Positions 1 to 12,344 of a stretch of DNA of 64,000 bases are shown here, piece by piece. The notes beneath the pieces are model-generated. The model worked only from the letters and a program-made list of their open reading frames with translations. It had not been told where the DNA came from and made no database searches. The translations under genes were made by a program, and so were the position numbers. Numbering within the stretch: the stretch's first letter is position 1; every line of letters starts with the position of its first letter. The stretch is from Dendrobates tinctorius (Eukaryota): the NCBI RefSeq assembly GCF_039654945.1, contig NW_027361824.1, forward strand, positions 10,912,001 to 10,976,000. The letters are read 5' to 3'.

Positions 1-3000
1 GGGTCACGCAACCACCAGACATCAGGGAATGGGACACGCAACCACCAGACACCAGGGACTGGGACACGCAACCACCAGACACCAGGGACTGGGACACGCA
101 ACCACCAGACACCAGGGACTGGGACACGCAGCCACCAGACACCAGGGACTGGGACACGCAACCACCAGACACCAGGGAATGGGACACGCAGCCACCATAC
201 ACCAGGGAATGGGACATGCAACCATTAGACACCAGGGAATGGCACACGCAGCCACCAGACACCAGGGACTGGGTCACGCAACCACCAGACATCAGGGAAT
301 GGGACACGCAACCACCAGACACCAGGGACTGGGACACGCAACCACCAGACACCAGGGACTGGGACACGCAACCACCAGACACCAGGGACTGGGACACGCA
401 GCCACCATACACCAGGGAATGGGACATGCAACCATTAGACACCAGGGAATGGCACACGCAGCCACCAGACACCAGGGACTGGGTCACGCAACCACCAGAC
501 ATCAGGGAATGGGACACGCAACCACCAGACACCAGGGACTGGGACACGCAACCACCAGACACCAGGGACTGGGACACGCAACCACCAGACACCAGGGACT
601 GGGACACGTAACCACCAGACACCAGGGACTGGGACACGCAACCACCAGACACCAGGGACTGGGACACGCAACCACCAGACACCAGGGACTGGGACACTCA
701 GCCACCAGGGTATGGGGCACACAACCACCAGACACCAGGGACTAGGACATGCAGCCACCAGACACCAGGGAATGGCACACGCAACCACCAGACACCAGGG
801 AATGGGACACGCAGCCACCAGACACCAGGGAATGGGACACGCAACCACCAGACACCAGGGAATGGGACACGCAACCACCAGACACCAGGGACTGGGACAC
901 GCAACCACCAGACACCAGGGACTGGGACACGCAACCACCAGACACCAGGGACTGGGACACGCAACCACCAGACACCAGGGACTGGGACACGCAGCCACCA
1001 GACACCAGGGTATGGGGCACACAACCACCAGATACCAGGGACTGGGACATGCAGCCACCAGACACCAGGGAATGGCACACGCAACCACCAGACACCAGGG
1101 AATGGGACACGCAGCCACCAGACACAAGGGAATGGGACACGCAACCACCAGACACCAGGGAATGGGACACGCAGCCACCAGACACAAGGGAATGGGACAC
1201 GCAACCACCAGACACCAGGGAATGGGACACGCAACCACCAGGGACTGGGACACGCAACCACCAGACACCAGGGACTGGGACACGCAATCACCAGACACCA
1301 GGGACTGGGACACGCAGCCACCAGACACCAGGGTATGGGGCACACAACCACCAGACACCAGGGACTAGGACACGCAACCACCAGACACCAGGGACTGGGA
1401 CATGCAACCACCAGACACCAGGGTATGGGACACGCAGCCACCAGACACCAGGGACTGGGACAGGCAACCACCAGACACCAGGGTATGGGACACGCAACCA
1501 CCAGACACCAGGGAATGGGACATGCAACCACCAGACACCAGGGACTGGAACACGCAACCACCAGACACCAGGGAATGGGACATGCAGCCACCAGACACCA
1601 GGGAATGGGACATGCAGCCACCAGACACCAGGGTATGGGACACGCAACCACCAGACACCAGGGAATGGGACACGCAGCCACCAGACACCAGGGAATGGGA
1701 AACGCAGCCACCAGACACCAGGGAATGGGACACGCACCCACCAGACACCAGGGAATGGGATACGCAACCACCAGACACCAGGGAATGGGACATGCAGCTA
1801 CCAGACACCAGGGAATGGGACATGCAGCCACCAGACACCAGAGAATGGGACATGCAGCCACCAGACACCAGGGTATGGGACACGCAACCACCAGACACCA
1901 GGGAATGGGACATGCAGACACCAGGGAATGGGACATGAAACCACCAGACACCAGGGAATGGGACACGCAGCCACCAGACACAAGGGAATGGGACACGCAA
2001 CCACCAGACACCAGGGAATGGGACACGCAACCACCAGGGACTGGGACACGCAACCACCAGACACCAGGGACTGGGACACGCAATCACCAGACACCAGGGA
2101 CTGGGACACGCAGCCACCAGACACCAGGGTATGGGGCACACAACCACCAGACACCAGGGACTAGGACACGCAACCACCAGACACCAGGGACTGGGACATG
2201 CAACCACCAGACACCAGGGTATGGGACACGCAGCCACCAGACACCAGGGACTGGGACAGGCAACCACCAGACACCAGGGTATGGGACACGCAACCACCAG
2301 ACACCAGGGAATGGGACATGCAACCACCAGACACCAGGGACTGGAACACGCAACCACCAGACACCAGGGAATGGGACATGCAGCCACCAGACACCAGGGA
2401 ATGGGACATGCAGCCACCATACACCAGGGTATGGGACACGCAACCACCAGACACCAGGGAATGGGACACGCAGCCACCAGACACCAGGGAATGGGAAACG
2501 CAGCCACCAGACACCAGGGAATGGGACACGCACCCACCAGACACCAGGGAATGGGACACGCACCCACCAGACACCAGGGAATGGGATACGCAACCACCAG
2601 ACACCAGGGAATGGGACATGCAGCTACCAGGGAATGGGACATGCAGCCACCAGACACCAGAGAATGGGACATGCAGCCACCAGACACCAGGGTATGGGAC
2701 ACGCAACCAACAGACACCAGGGAATGGGACACGCAGCCACCAGACACCAGGGAATGGGATACGCAACCACCAGACACCAGGGAATGGGACATGCAGCTAC
2801 CAGACACCAGGGAATGGGACATGCAGCCACCAGACACCAGAGAATGGGACATGCAGCCACCAGACACCAGGGTATGGGACACGCAACCAACAGACACCAG
2901 GGAATGGGGCATGCAGCCACCAGGGAATGGGACATGCAACCACCAGGGAATGGGACATGCAGCCACCAGACACCAGAGAATGGGACATGCAGCCACCAGA

Positions 3001-3255
3001 CACCAGGGTATGGGACACGCAACCACCAGACACCAGGGAATGGGACATGCAGACACCAGGGAATGGGACATGAAACCACCAGACACCAGGGAATGGGACA
3101 TGCAACCACCAGGGAATGGGACACGCAGCCACCAGACACCAGGGAATGGGACATGCAACCACCAGGGAATGGGACATGCAGCCACCAGACACCAGGGACT
3201 GGGACATGCAACCACCAGGGACTGGGACATGCAACCACCAGACACCAGGGACTGG
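1..3255. repeat. 30-bp minisatellite (unit GGGACACGCAACCACCAGACACCAGGGA(C/A)T), >100 units, truncated by the window start
   Basis: 30-bp periodicity visible directly; occasional shorter (about 21-bp) units; explains all overlapping ORFs in 22..3329. Confidence 0.98.
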
Positions 3256-4216
3256 AGAATATGCATAATTGATAACTGATTGGGGAAGATTATGAAGTTA
3301 TAACCAGAAATCTGCCTGAAGTATCCCAAAATTTAGCGCCAGTCCTGGACTTTTTGTAAAGTGTGAGGAGCTCGGGTTGGACAGGACATGGCCAAACACG
3401 CCAAAAAAACTCATCATAATTTACGCCACAAAGGTAACATAAATTATGGCAGTAATATTCGCCAGCACCTGCCTCACTGACAATTCAAAGATGCATCAAA
3501 TTCATTAAAGAGACACACGCCTCTTAATAAATTTGTTGTATCTTCAGCTCTTCATTCATGAAGACTGACATAAAATAATTATACAATAAATATTACATAT
3601 ATATTCCTAGAATGTAAAAAACAAAGAACAGGAAAGACTGTGACCCTGACACCTCAGGAGACTCATTACTGCCGCCTGGTGGTCTCTCCCGGTACTGCAG
3701 CCTGCCAGGTCTGACATTCTGTAATTTCACCACTTTATTATACTGTGTATATTATTTATGTTTTCAGTTATGAGGAACTCCAAGTATCAAGAATAGTCTG
3801 CACCTGCTACTTGTCAACCTAGGCACCCTATGCTGAGCTTTGTAGTTCTCCCATGTGGTCTGTTGCTGACATTGCAGCATATCAGTTATGTAACCACTGG
3901 CACCGGCTGCATGGAGAGGAGGGTAGATAATGGGAGTTGTAGGTTTAGGATGGAGAACAGGACAGGATAATAACTGAGAAGGGAGGAGTAAAACTTTGAT
4001 TAAAGTTATAATAGGGAGACACAATACAAGGCAGTGATGTGAAGGGTTAACTGGAAGGAGGGGGCTTCATATTACAGGTGAGAGGAGCCTTGCCAGTAAC
4101 AGGTGATGAGCCTGTCTATGATGGGGGTTGGGGTCACAATGGAGGGGGAAGTAGGTGATAACAGGGAGGGAGGAGGCAGGGAGTGGAGAGACTGGCCCTC
4201 CCCCACCCCCAGTCCA

Positions 4217-4359
4217 TATAATGCAGCAGAGCCCAGTCCTCTGACTCAGCCCTTTCTCATCCAGCTGAGGACAAGCAGCTCCCACCCTGCTCCCCTCCAT
4301 TGTGCCCTCCAGCCTGTGTCCCCTCCACTGCACTGGTCTCCCTTCTTCTTCTCCTCCTG
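4217..4359 (+). promoter_or_regulatory. Candidate UCP2 core promoter and first non-coding exon
   Basis: G/C-rich upstream tract, TATAA at 4217-4221, TGACTCAGC at 4242-4250, an ATG-free pyrimidine-rich stretch ending in a consensus donor CTG|GTAAGT at 4359/4360, 1.28 kb upstream of the acceptor at 5643. Motif-based inference only. Confidence 0.35.
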
Positions 4360-5643
4360 GTAAGTGACTGTGAATCTCTGACACATTGTTGCTTCTTCTC
4401 CTATATGCCCTTATCTGTCCCACAATACTCTGTTTTTCTCTACTTTATGAAGAGTTGATACATTGTTGCACCTTTCTGTAAAATGTCTAAATATTTCTTT
4501 ACCTTCCTGCTCACAAGCTGAGTGTCTTACTCCCCTCTGCACATGTTGTGCCCCCACAACTCCTGTGCTCTGGTTATTTTTGCCCCCTTTCATGCCTTGA
4601 TATCGACTATATCCCTTATGTTGCCAGTTGTCTTCATCCTTGGTGTTAAATTGGCTCCAATCCCCTTTTTCTTCTGGTAAACTGTGGAGTTTCCCAGGTG
4701 AAAAACTAAAGTTTTAATGTGCTCTTCTCCTTACTTTGTAGTCCCTTGGGGGGGTGTCCATAGTTGCCCTCATAGGTGCTGTTTTCAAGCCTAAGTTTTC
4801 CTTAGTTCATAGATTCAATGTCCCCCTCTTTTTGTATGATATCCAGCAAGGGGGGCAAGACAAAGTGGGTGGATTGCCCTATTGGGTACTGCTGGCCCAT
4901 AAAACTGGGGGGAATGCTCTCCCACCACATGGCATATGGCCATGCAGCTTGTGGTTTCCTGTAGGTGCCTTACCCTGCAGGGAGCCAATATTGGGGGGAG
5001 GGGGACACTGGGGGGTCAGATCACTATTATCCTTATGTTGGCTGCGTATCTGGTGATGGACACAGCTGGGGGGGTCAGGTCACTTTAGTGGGGCATCAGG
5101 GGTTAAAAGCCTATTCACCTGTAATGGCGTTTAGCCATCACAGGAGGCTGGAAGTCTGTCTGCATCGAGCCTAATGGCTGATAACAGGGAGCAATAGACC
5201 ATTCTGCAAACTGTGTAGTGATCCAGTACATTGCATTGCAAAATCAAAGGGTCCCTCTCCCTATAGAGGAGGGAAATGGTAGTGACGACTGTAAAGAACG
5301 GCGTGTCCCCTAGAGAGAACGTCTCGTCATGGCCTCTAAAGGAGAGGAAACTTTCTGTCGCTTCCAGATAAGTCGCCTGCGCGAGTAATGGAAGAACCTA
5401 TACCCAGAAAGCTGCATAAAACAAAGGTGGCCATGTCGGGTGACTGATATTGTCCATCATGATCTGTAGTGCCCCCATTAAAATGTGACCGGAGTCCCTG
5501 ATACCGTAGATCGCTGAACCCTTAAACAAGTAAATTACTTCCCTAATTTTATTAAATGTATCAATAACTTTACTTTGTTACATTTTGCTCTTTTTTTTTT
5601 TTGTTTCTTACTAACTTTTTTTTTTTTTCTCATTTTTTTCCAG

Positions 5644-5802
5644 CATAAGTATTATGATCATACAGAATCGTTTTTACCAACATTTTTCTATGGAAAGTAA
5701 AGGGTACCGCGTCTCCACTGCCAGTGGTAAATCCGACGGGCGCGACGCCTTCAGGGAAGCCTGATCTTCACACCGTCCTCCCTCCAGCTGGAATACTTGA
5801 AG
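5644..5802 (+). other. UCP2: UCP2 5'UTR exon (equivalent to mammalian exon 2) carrying the uORF
   Basis: Long polypyrimidine tract plus CAG acceptor ending at 5643; donor AAG|GTAAC at 5802/5803; contains the 36-codon uORF. Confidence 0.85.
5654..5764 (+). CDS. UCP2 upstream ORF, 36-aa peptide MIIQNRFYQHFSMESKGYRVSTASGKSDGRDAFREA
   Basis: ATG at 5654, TGA at 5762-5764; same length (36 codons) and same exon position as the known mammalian UCP2 uORF; shares FSME and RDxFREA* with it as I recall that sequence. Confidence 0.85.
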   Translation: MIIQNRFYQHFSMESKGYRVSTASGKSDGRDAFREA

Positions 5803-6398
5803 GTAACGTCTTATCCGGCAGGATGCGTTCACACCATGCAGACTGGACAGACGTCGTCTTGGGAAGGACTGGGTGGCTGCTGGGGACTTTTTTATTTATG
5901 TCCCATTGAGATGAATAGGACTGAGAAATGTTTAGAAATCCTGTGATCTATTGCATTAGATTTGCAGCAATTGTTTTCCTGTTTGTTAGAAGTGAACAGG
6001 TGCAGACGGATCTCGTGTCCTGCAGGGACGTCCCTGTCCGGCCGCTCCCGGTTTCTAAGAAAACACAATGGCAGTAATGACACCAGACCTGTCCTGTAAC
6101 CTGATAACTGCAGGGCGCTGATCACAGGACCAGGGGGCCGGAGATGGGAGAGGGTCCTTGCCGTCTGATGTCATTCCAGGGGAGAAAATTAAAATTTGGA
6201 AATAGAAATGTGAATTAAACTATAATAGTCAGCTGACTTCCATACTGAAGAATCCAAAGTAACTTTGTTGTTTTTCTCTTTTTCGCCCTCCTTCTAGCTT
6301 CTGGCAGAGTTTATTTGCCTTGTCTTATCACTACATCTGCCCCCAGGACAGTCCAGTCCTCCATCGTTTAAGTTCGTTGCATCCTCTAAAACTTCAGA

Positions 6399-8123
6399 AT
6401 GGTTGGATTCAAACCCACCGACGTCCCCCCGACTGCCGCAGTGAAGTTCGTTGGCGCAGGGACGGCAGCGTGTATTGCTGACCTGTTCACCTTCCCTCTG
6501 GACACTGCAAAAGTCCGTCTGCAGGTGAGCACTGGCGTCTGGTCCTAACCGCCCATGAAGTAGCGTTTGTTCCTGCCGAGACTGGGAAAGCCATGTGACG
6601 GGCACCAGAATAGAAGCCCAGGGGTTGGTGGGTACCCTCCGATCTATGCAGTATTTTCCCCCAATATTGCTGTACTGTAGTCTTCCACTCTAGCTGGGTG
6701 ACAACCCCGACTGGAGCTATGATGCAGCAACATTGCTTGTCACCTGGCTTTCCCAGTATCTGCTACTGTTCCATACGTTGGCTGTCATGGATGTGTAGCT
6801 AATGTACCTTCCCTCGATGTAGATCCAAGGAGAGACCAAGGGCCTGGTCAATATGAAGTCTACCCAGTACAAGGGTGTCTTCGGGACCATCTCCACCATG
6901 GTCAAGACAGAAGGACCTCGGAGCCTCTACAACGGGCTGGTGGCCGGTCTCCAGCGACAGATGAGTTTCGCGTCCGTCCGTATCGGACTTTATGACTCTG
7001 TCAAGCAATTCTACACCAAAGGATCTGAACGTAAGGAGCCCATACTCAATCTGTGACCGGTCGTCTGGTTCAGTGTCTGCTGTCCTACTGTGGTTGGATT
7101 TGGTGTCTTTATTGACCACTTCTTTATCCCCAACAGATGTTGGAATCGGGAGCAGACTCCTCGCCGGTTGCACAACCGGAGCCATGGCTGTGGCAATCGC
7201 TCAGCCCACAGATGTGGTGAAGGTGCGCTTCCAAGCTCAGGCCAATGTCTCCGGCTCCAGAAGATACAAGGGAACAATGGAAGCCTATAAGACCATCGCC
7301 AAAGAGGAAGGCGTGCGCGGCCTGTGGAAAGGTTAGTCTTAAATTCATTTTATTAAAATTTTCACTTTTAAAAGTGTTCCAGGATGTTAACATTGTTGTA
7401 TATTTTAGGCACCGGCCCCAACATCACCCGAAACGCCTTGGTAAACTGCACGGAGCTGGTGACCTATGACCTCATCAAGGATGCGCTCCTGAAATCCAAC
7501 CTCATGAGCGGTGAGTCTTTCTATATAGCGGACTTTCTACCTCTTAAGTGCCACTGCCGCAACTGACCACGGCATCTAAGGGTGTAAACTGTTGAGATCT
7601 ACAAGTAAGACTTGGGTGACGGCTCTACGGCACAGATGGCACACTGCTGAGCAGGAGTCGCTTGGTCATGACGGTGCTGTGAGGGACGTCTTCCACAGGT
7701 GGATGTATGACTTATTACTTCTCTACTTTCATTCTGCAGACACCCTCCCGTGTCACTTCACCTCCGCGTTCGGTGCCGGCTTCTGCACCACGGTGATCGC
7801 TTCCCCCGTTGATGTAGTGAAGACAAGATACATGAACTCTGCCAAGGGGCAGTACAAGGGTGCCCTGAACTGTGCCCTCACCATGCTGCGACAGGAGGGG
7901 CCCATGGCCTTCTACAAGGGGTAAGTTGTGCGTGCTACGTCGGCCATATTGGAAGTCTCCAACCTTTAATGACTGCTTTGGCTTATTCTAACTCTTCCCT
8001 CCGCTCAGGTTCATGCCGTCCTTCCTGAGACTCGGCTCCTGGAACATCGTGATGTTTGTGACCTACGAGCAGCTGAAGAGGGCCATGATGTCCGCCCGCG
8101 TCTCCTGGGAGGCTCCGTTCTAG
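6399..8123 (+). CDS. UCP2: Mitochondrial uncoupling protein 2 (SLC25A8), 308 aa, 6 coding exons
   Basis: Exons 6399-6524, 6823-7030, 7137-7331, 7409-7510, 7740-7920, 8009-8123, all GT-AG, total 927 nt. Starts [17 protein letters not shown], has the three carrier signatures [10 protein letters not shown] / [10 protein letters not shown] / [10 protein letters not shown] and ends WEAPF*. The uORF and DNAJB13 adjacency support UCP2 over UCP1/UCP3. Confidence 0.96.
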
Positions 8124-8911
8124 GGCCCCTTCCCCCGTCTCTACCTCTCATTACTGTTTACGTTAGGTTTTTTACTTATTGAGTAGAAAAGTCCAAACTC
8201 CATCAGAAGCTCTTACTACTCAAAGGGAAATGTTTAATAAAAAAAAAAAAACAAAAAAAAAAACCTTCACTCTGCACCATGGAGTTCTGCATAAAGGAGC
8301 AGGTGGCGTTTGTCACGTGAAGTAGCGGCCATATTGCTGCTCCTGAATTTTCTGTAACTTTTGTCTTTAACTCTCTTTCTACAGGTTTTTTTTTAACTCT
8401 CGGCTTCGCTTTTAATCTGACGCTTGCTCTCTTGCCTCCAGTTTTGAGGATTTGTGTACGATGAGTACATTTTGGAAGTTATTTGATTTATTAATCTTGT
8501 ACGGAGCCTTTTTAGAGGCAAAACATGCCTTGTACTCCAGTCACATCCAAAGCTGCTTTCCTTGTGATTGGAGTATAATGTATATCTAAAGACTATATGG
8601 ATTGTGCTCCAGTCCTGACTGCAGCTCTGGCAGGGACTGGAGCACATACAATACATATAAGGATGTGCAAGACTACTCCTCCTGTGTAGATTTAGGCGGT
8701 TGCAGCTTTCCTTCTCTCCAAGCACCACACAAGCTGCAAGCCTCGTTGCCTTCTACCCTTTTCCTGCTGAGTGACGGTTACATTCCAAATGCTGCTGACT
8801 TGGCTGTGACTCCTCTACTGCGTGCCCCCCACCCCTCTCCTGGAGACCAAATGGTTCCTGTTCTGCTTTTATTCTGTTGTCTTTTATATGGCTGACTCTG
8901 CATGATGTAAA

Positions 8912-8917
8912 AATAAA
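8912..8917 (+). terminator. Candidate UCP2 polyadenylation signal (AATAAA); alternative at 8236-8241
   Basis: AATAAA about 790 nt after the stop codon, near where unique sequence gives way to repeats. Confidence 0.5.
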
Positions 8918-9954
8918 AATTTCACAAAACCGCAGCCGTCTTGCAGCTCATTTACATGGAGGTAGGGGTCAGGGCCATATTTGGCCATAATGCTGCCCTA
9001 CGACCTTTCAATGGTCATACCCCTAAAGTAAGATGCCCTTTTAGATCGTAGTTTGGGGGGGGGGGGGGGTCCTATAGATGTTAACATCTGAGTTTTCAGT
9101 CTCTGCTTCCGTGTGTGCAATAGGCAACACTGACCCTATAATCTACCGTAAAGGATTACTACTTACATGACTACAGCACCAGGACCTCAATCAGTACATG
9201 ACTACAGCATCCCAAGCACCACTATAGTACAAGAACAACCATCAGTACAGGAATAAATTACCCGAATTTCCAGCCGCATTGAAATGCAGCATCCACTTCA
9301 AAGGATCAGCAGAGCGACACCGTTACAAGTGTATATCGCTGGAGTATGCAGTGCTAGTTAGAAAGGATGATAGATGTGGTACTACTGAACTGTGCAGCCA
9401 CACTGTCTTCAAGAAGAGAAAAATGGCATTCGCCACTCGTGCATCATTAATTTTCATTCCCAGGTCATATGCAGATTAAAGACTCAGACCTTGAAATATA
9501 AAAGTACAAAATTACTGCACCAGAGCCTGCCCCCCCCCCCCCCCCAACCCCCTTTCCCTCATTGAACCTCTGCAGCAAAGCAGGTGTGATTCTAGGGTGT
9601 CTTGGGTACTTTATCACAATAATAGGTCAATAGATATGTTATCCTAATTTGCTAAGAATCTTGGATTTTTTTTTTTTGGCCTGGTGGGCATGATACGGAG
9701 TCTTGTTTTTGAGAGGTATTCTTGTTACCAATCCTGCTAATCTTGCATTAAATCAAAATTGTTCCTCTTCCAATATCGAGCCTTGTTCTTCGGGCTTTCA
9801 ATGGGCCACTGTATTTTCACAAAAATACCATCTGAAGTTGTGGCCTTCATGAAAGATTATCCTCTTCATTTCATACTGGGAGCAACAAAATAATTAGTTC
9901 ATCTAACAGAGTAGAGATATAGGAGAATCTCAAGCCTTGGCAACTTGATGGCTG

Positions 9955-10535
9955 AATGCTCCTGTAGGAAGACTGATCTTGTGCAGCCTAGAGAAGTCCA
10001 CCAGGGTCTTCTTCACCGGTATCTTGCTGGTAACAAGCCATCAGGTTGCGGTTTTCTCTCTTCGCCTTGTTCCTTCTATTCCTCCGACCATGATCTCCTT
10101 CTCCAGTAATTGCTCTCTTGATGTGGCCAGAGTAGGCAAGTCATAGTTTTGAGAATATCTGGGTTGATTTGTTCCAAAATTGATTTTTGTTCCTCTTGCC
10201 ATCCATGGTATTCATATCCTCTTGCACCACATTTCAAAGGCGACTATTCTTCTGTCTTGTTTCTTTTTCGGCCAGGTTTCACAACCATAAGTTATCCCAG
10301 AAAAGAACAATGTACAAGCAGAGTCTTCATCACCAGTGATATGTTCCTCGATGTGAAGACCTTGTCCAGGGTCTTCATTGTTGATTTGCCCAAAGCAATT
10401 CACCTAATTACGTCCGGTGTCGCTGCATCTTGAGTGATCGTTGATCCGAGGAGGTTGAAGTCCTTTACAACTTCCAGTTCGTCGCCATCCATTTTGTATG
10501 TGTGCCGATCATACCTGGTAGTGGTCAATATCTTT
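9955..10535 (-). mobile_element. RTE-clade LINE 3' fragment (degenerate)
   Basis: Minus-strand translation TYGCETW..KKQDRRIVAFEMWC is typical of the RTE ORF C-terminus; homologous to the copy at 12345-12995. Confidence 0.8.
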
Positions 10536-10982
10536 CCTCCCTTGAATGGATCATAAAGTATGTGAAGTCAATGCTGATCCCATTGATGCATCAGAACTTT
10601 TTACACATACCCTAGACTCCACAAACATGGTGTTTCCTGCCTAGGGAAAAGTTCACAAAGTACATTATTGGAGGACCAAGGATGACAGCAAGAAAGGTCA
10701 GGTCAAGGTTACAATAGACATAGGGTCATTTCAGATGCCTTCAGCCCCAGATCTTAAGTGTCTTCAGGGGAAGAACGTCCAGCTAGACATTCTGATGGCA
10801 ATCTCTGACAGATACACATTTAGGGCTGGACGGGTGAAATTCCCTTGAAAGTATTGAACCTAATAATAACCAATGCCAACTTGGGGGACCATACAGGGTC
10901 TCACAGAATACAGGGAAGATGGAACAGTCTTTACAGTAGATCTTCCAAGCTAAAGAAACTGACAGCCATTCTAAAAGCTTAA

Positions 10983-11303
10983 GGCTACGTGCACACGCTG
11001 CGGATTGGGGTGCGGATTTGGCAAAATCCGCAGGAAAATCTGCAGGTCAAAAGACCTGCGGATTGGCCTGCTTTTTTTCATCTCCACAATGGAGGAGATG
11101 GCAAACTGCAGCGGAATCCGCAGAAAGAATTGACATGTCAATTCTTTCTGCGGTTTCAAAACCGCGTGGAAAAATCTGCACTGCGGTTTTTTATTCCCAT
11201 AGGGAATAATGGTACTGTACACCGCAGCAAAAACTGCTGCGGACCCGCAGCGGCCAAAACCGCTGCGGAACCGCAGCAGAATCCGCAGCGTGTGCACACA
11301 GCC
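10983..11303. mobile_element. Palindromic MITE (PIF/Harbinger-like)
   Basis: TIRs GGCTACGTGCACACGCTGCGGATT / AATCCGCAGCGTGTGCACACAGCC; flanks TAA and TTA. Confidence 0.85.
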
Positions 11304-11382
11304 TTACAGGCGTTCCTTCCGCACTCAAAGGGTTGACATATCAAAACAATGTCTGACAACACTACAGTGGTAGACAGCCTAA

Positions 11383-11706
11383 AGGTGCTGTCACACTTAG
11401 CGATGCACCAGCGATCCCGACCAGTGATATGACGCAGTCAGGATCGCTGGTGCATCGCTAAGTGGTCGCTAGTGAGCTGCCACACAGGCAGATCTCACCA
11501 GCGACATCGCTGGGGTCGGGGGTCGCTACTTACCTGTCACACTAGGCGATCCTGATGTCCTCCCGCCCGGCTCCACGCTCGTCACCACAGGAAGCTGACA
11601 ACGAGAAACAGTCCTGGACGTTCTCGCGCGATCAGCGATAACCAGCGGGGGAGCGGGTCGTAGGTAAGTATCAGACACAGCGATATCGCTAAGTGTGACA
11701 GTACCT
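11383..11706. mobile_element. Palindromic MITE (PIF/Harbinger-like)
   Basis: TIRs AGGTGCTGTCACACTTAGCGAT / ATCGCTAAGTGTGACAGTACCT; TAA duplicated at 11380-11382 and 11707-11709. Confidence 0.85.
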
Positions 11707-12344
11707 TAAGTCGTCCAGGAGGTACCGGGTGAGCAGATTTAAGGAGGATGACCAGGCAGATCGTGGATCTTTTTAGCCCTTTATCAGCAATTTATTTGAA
11801 GGGAGTAGACACAGTTTTCCTCGGTCGTCAGTCCTTGATCCAGTGAGAACGGTGCAGGAATCGGACAGTGTAGAACAGGACGCGCAGAAGTGAGGAGGTC
11901 AAGACAGACAGATTTATTTGCAATGAGACAAAGCGGTTTTTTTTCTCCAAATCAGCAGGAACAAACTAACAATAGATGCCCTAGGCTCCGAATGTAGTGT
12001 TTGAACCCTGGAGAGCTGAACTAGTCACCAACTACTTTAGTCATGCAAATTATGTGGCGGCCTACAGAGCAAGTTGTTTAAATGCAAATATGAGTGTTGT
12101 GAAAATCTAAATCAGCATTCAAAAAGGTCAAGCAACCCTGGAAGTGAAGGCAGGGTGTTCTCTGTAGAACCATACTTACACTGTCAATTAACAAGTATGT
12201 AGATCTAATCAAGGAGCCTGAGTGTGAAGGAATAACAATGGAAGCGTCTATTGATATGTGCATGTCTACATCTACAAAAGGTGCCAATAACATGACGTGT
12301 CAATAGCTCGAATATTGGATGGCTACTTGATGCAATGAAGACAA

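Noticed and set aside
1-3255. CRISPR-like regular 30-36 bp repeats (also 22985-25030, 29573-30221, 50853-51078)
   Set aside because: Units are directly adjacent with no unique spacers, there are no cas genes, and the DNA is vertebrate.
22-3329. Long ORFs (up to 654 aa) in all frames
   Set aside because: They follow from a stop-free 30-bp tandem unit, overlap on both strands and have no splice or domain support.
6399-8123. Assignment as UCP1 or UCP3
   Set aside because: The MVGFK.TDVPPTA start, EAPF end, 36-codon uORF and direct adjacency to DNAJB13 all fit UCP2.
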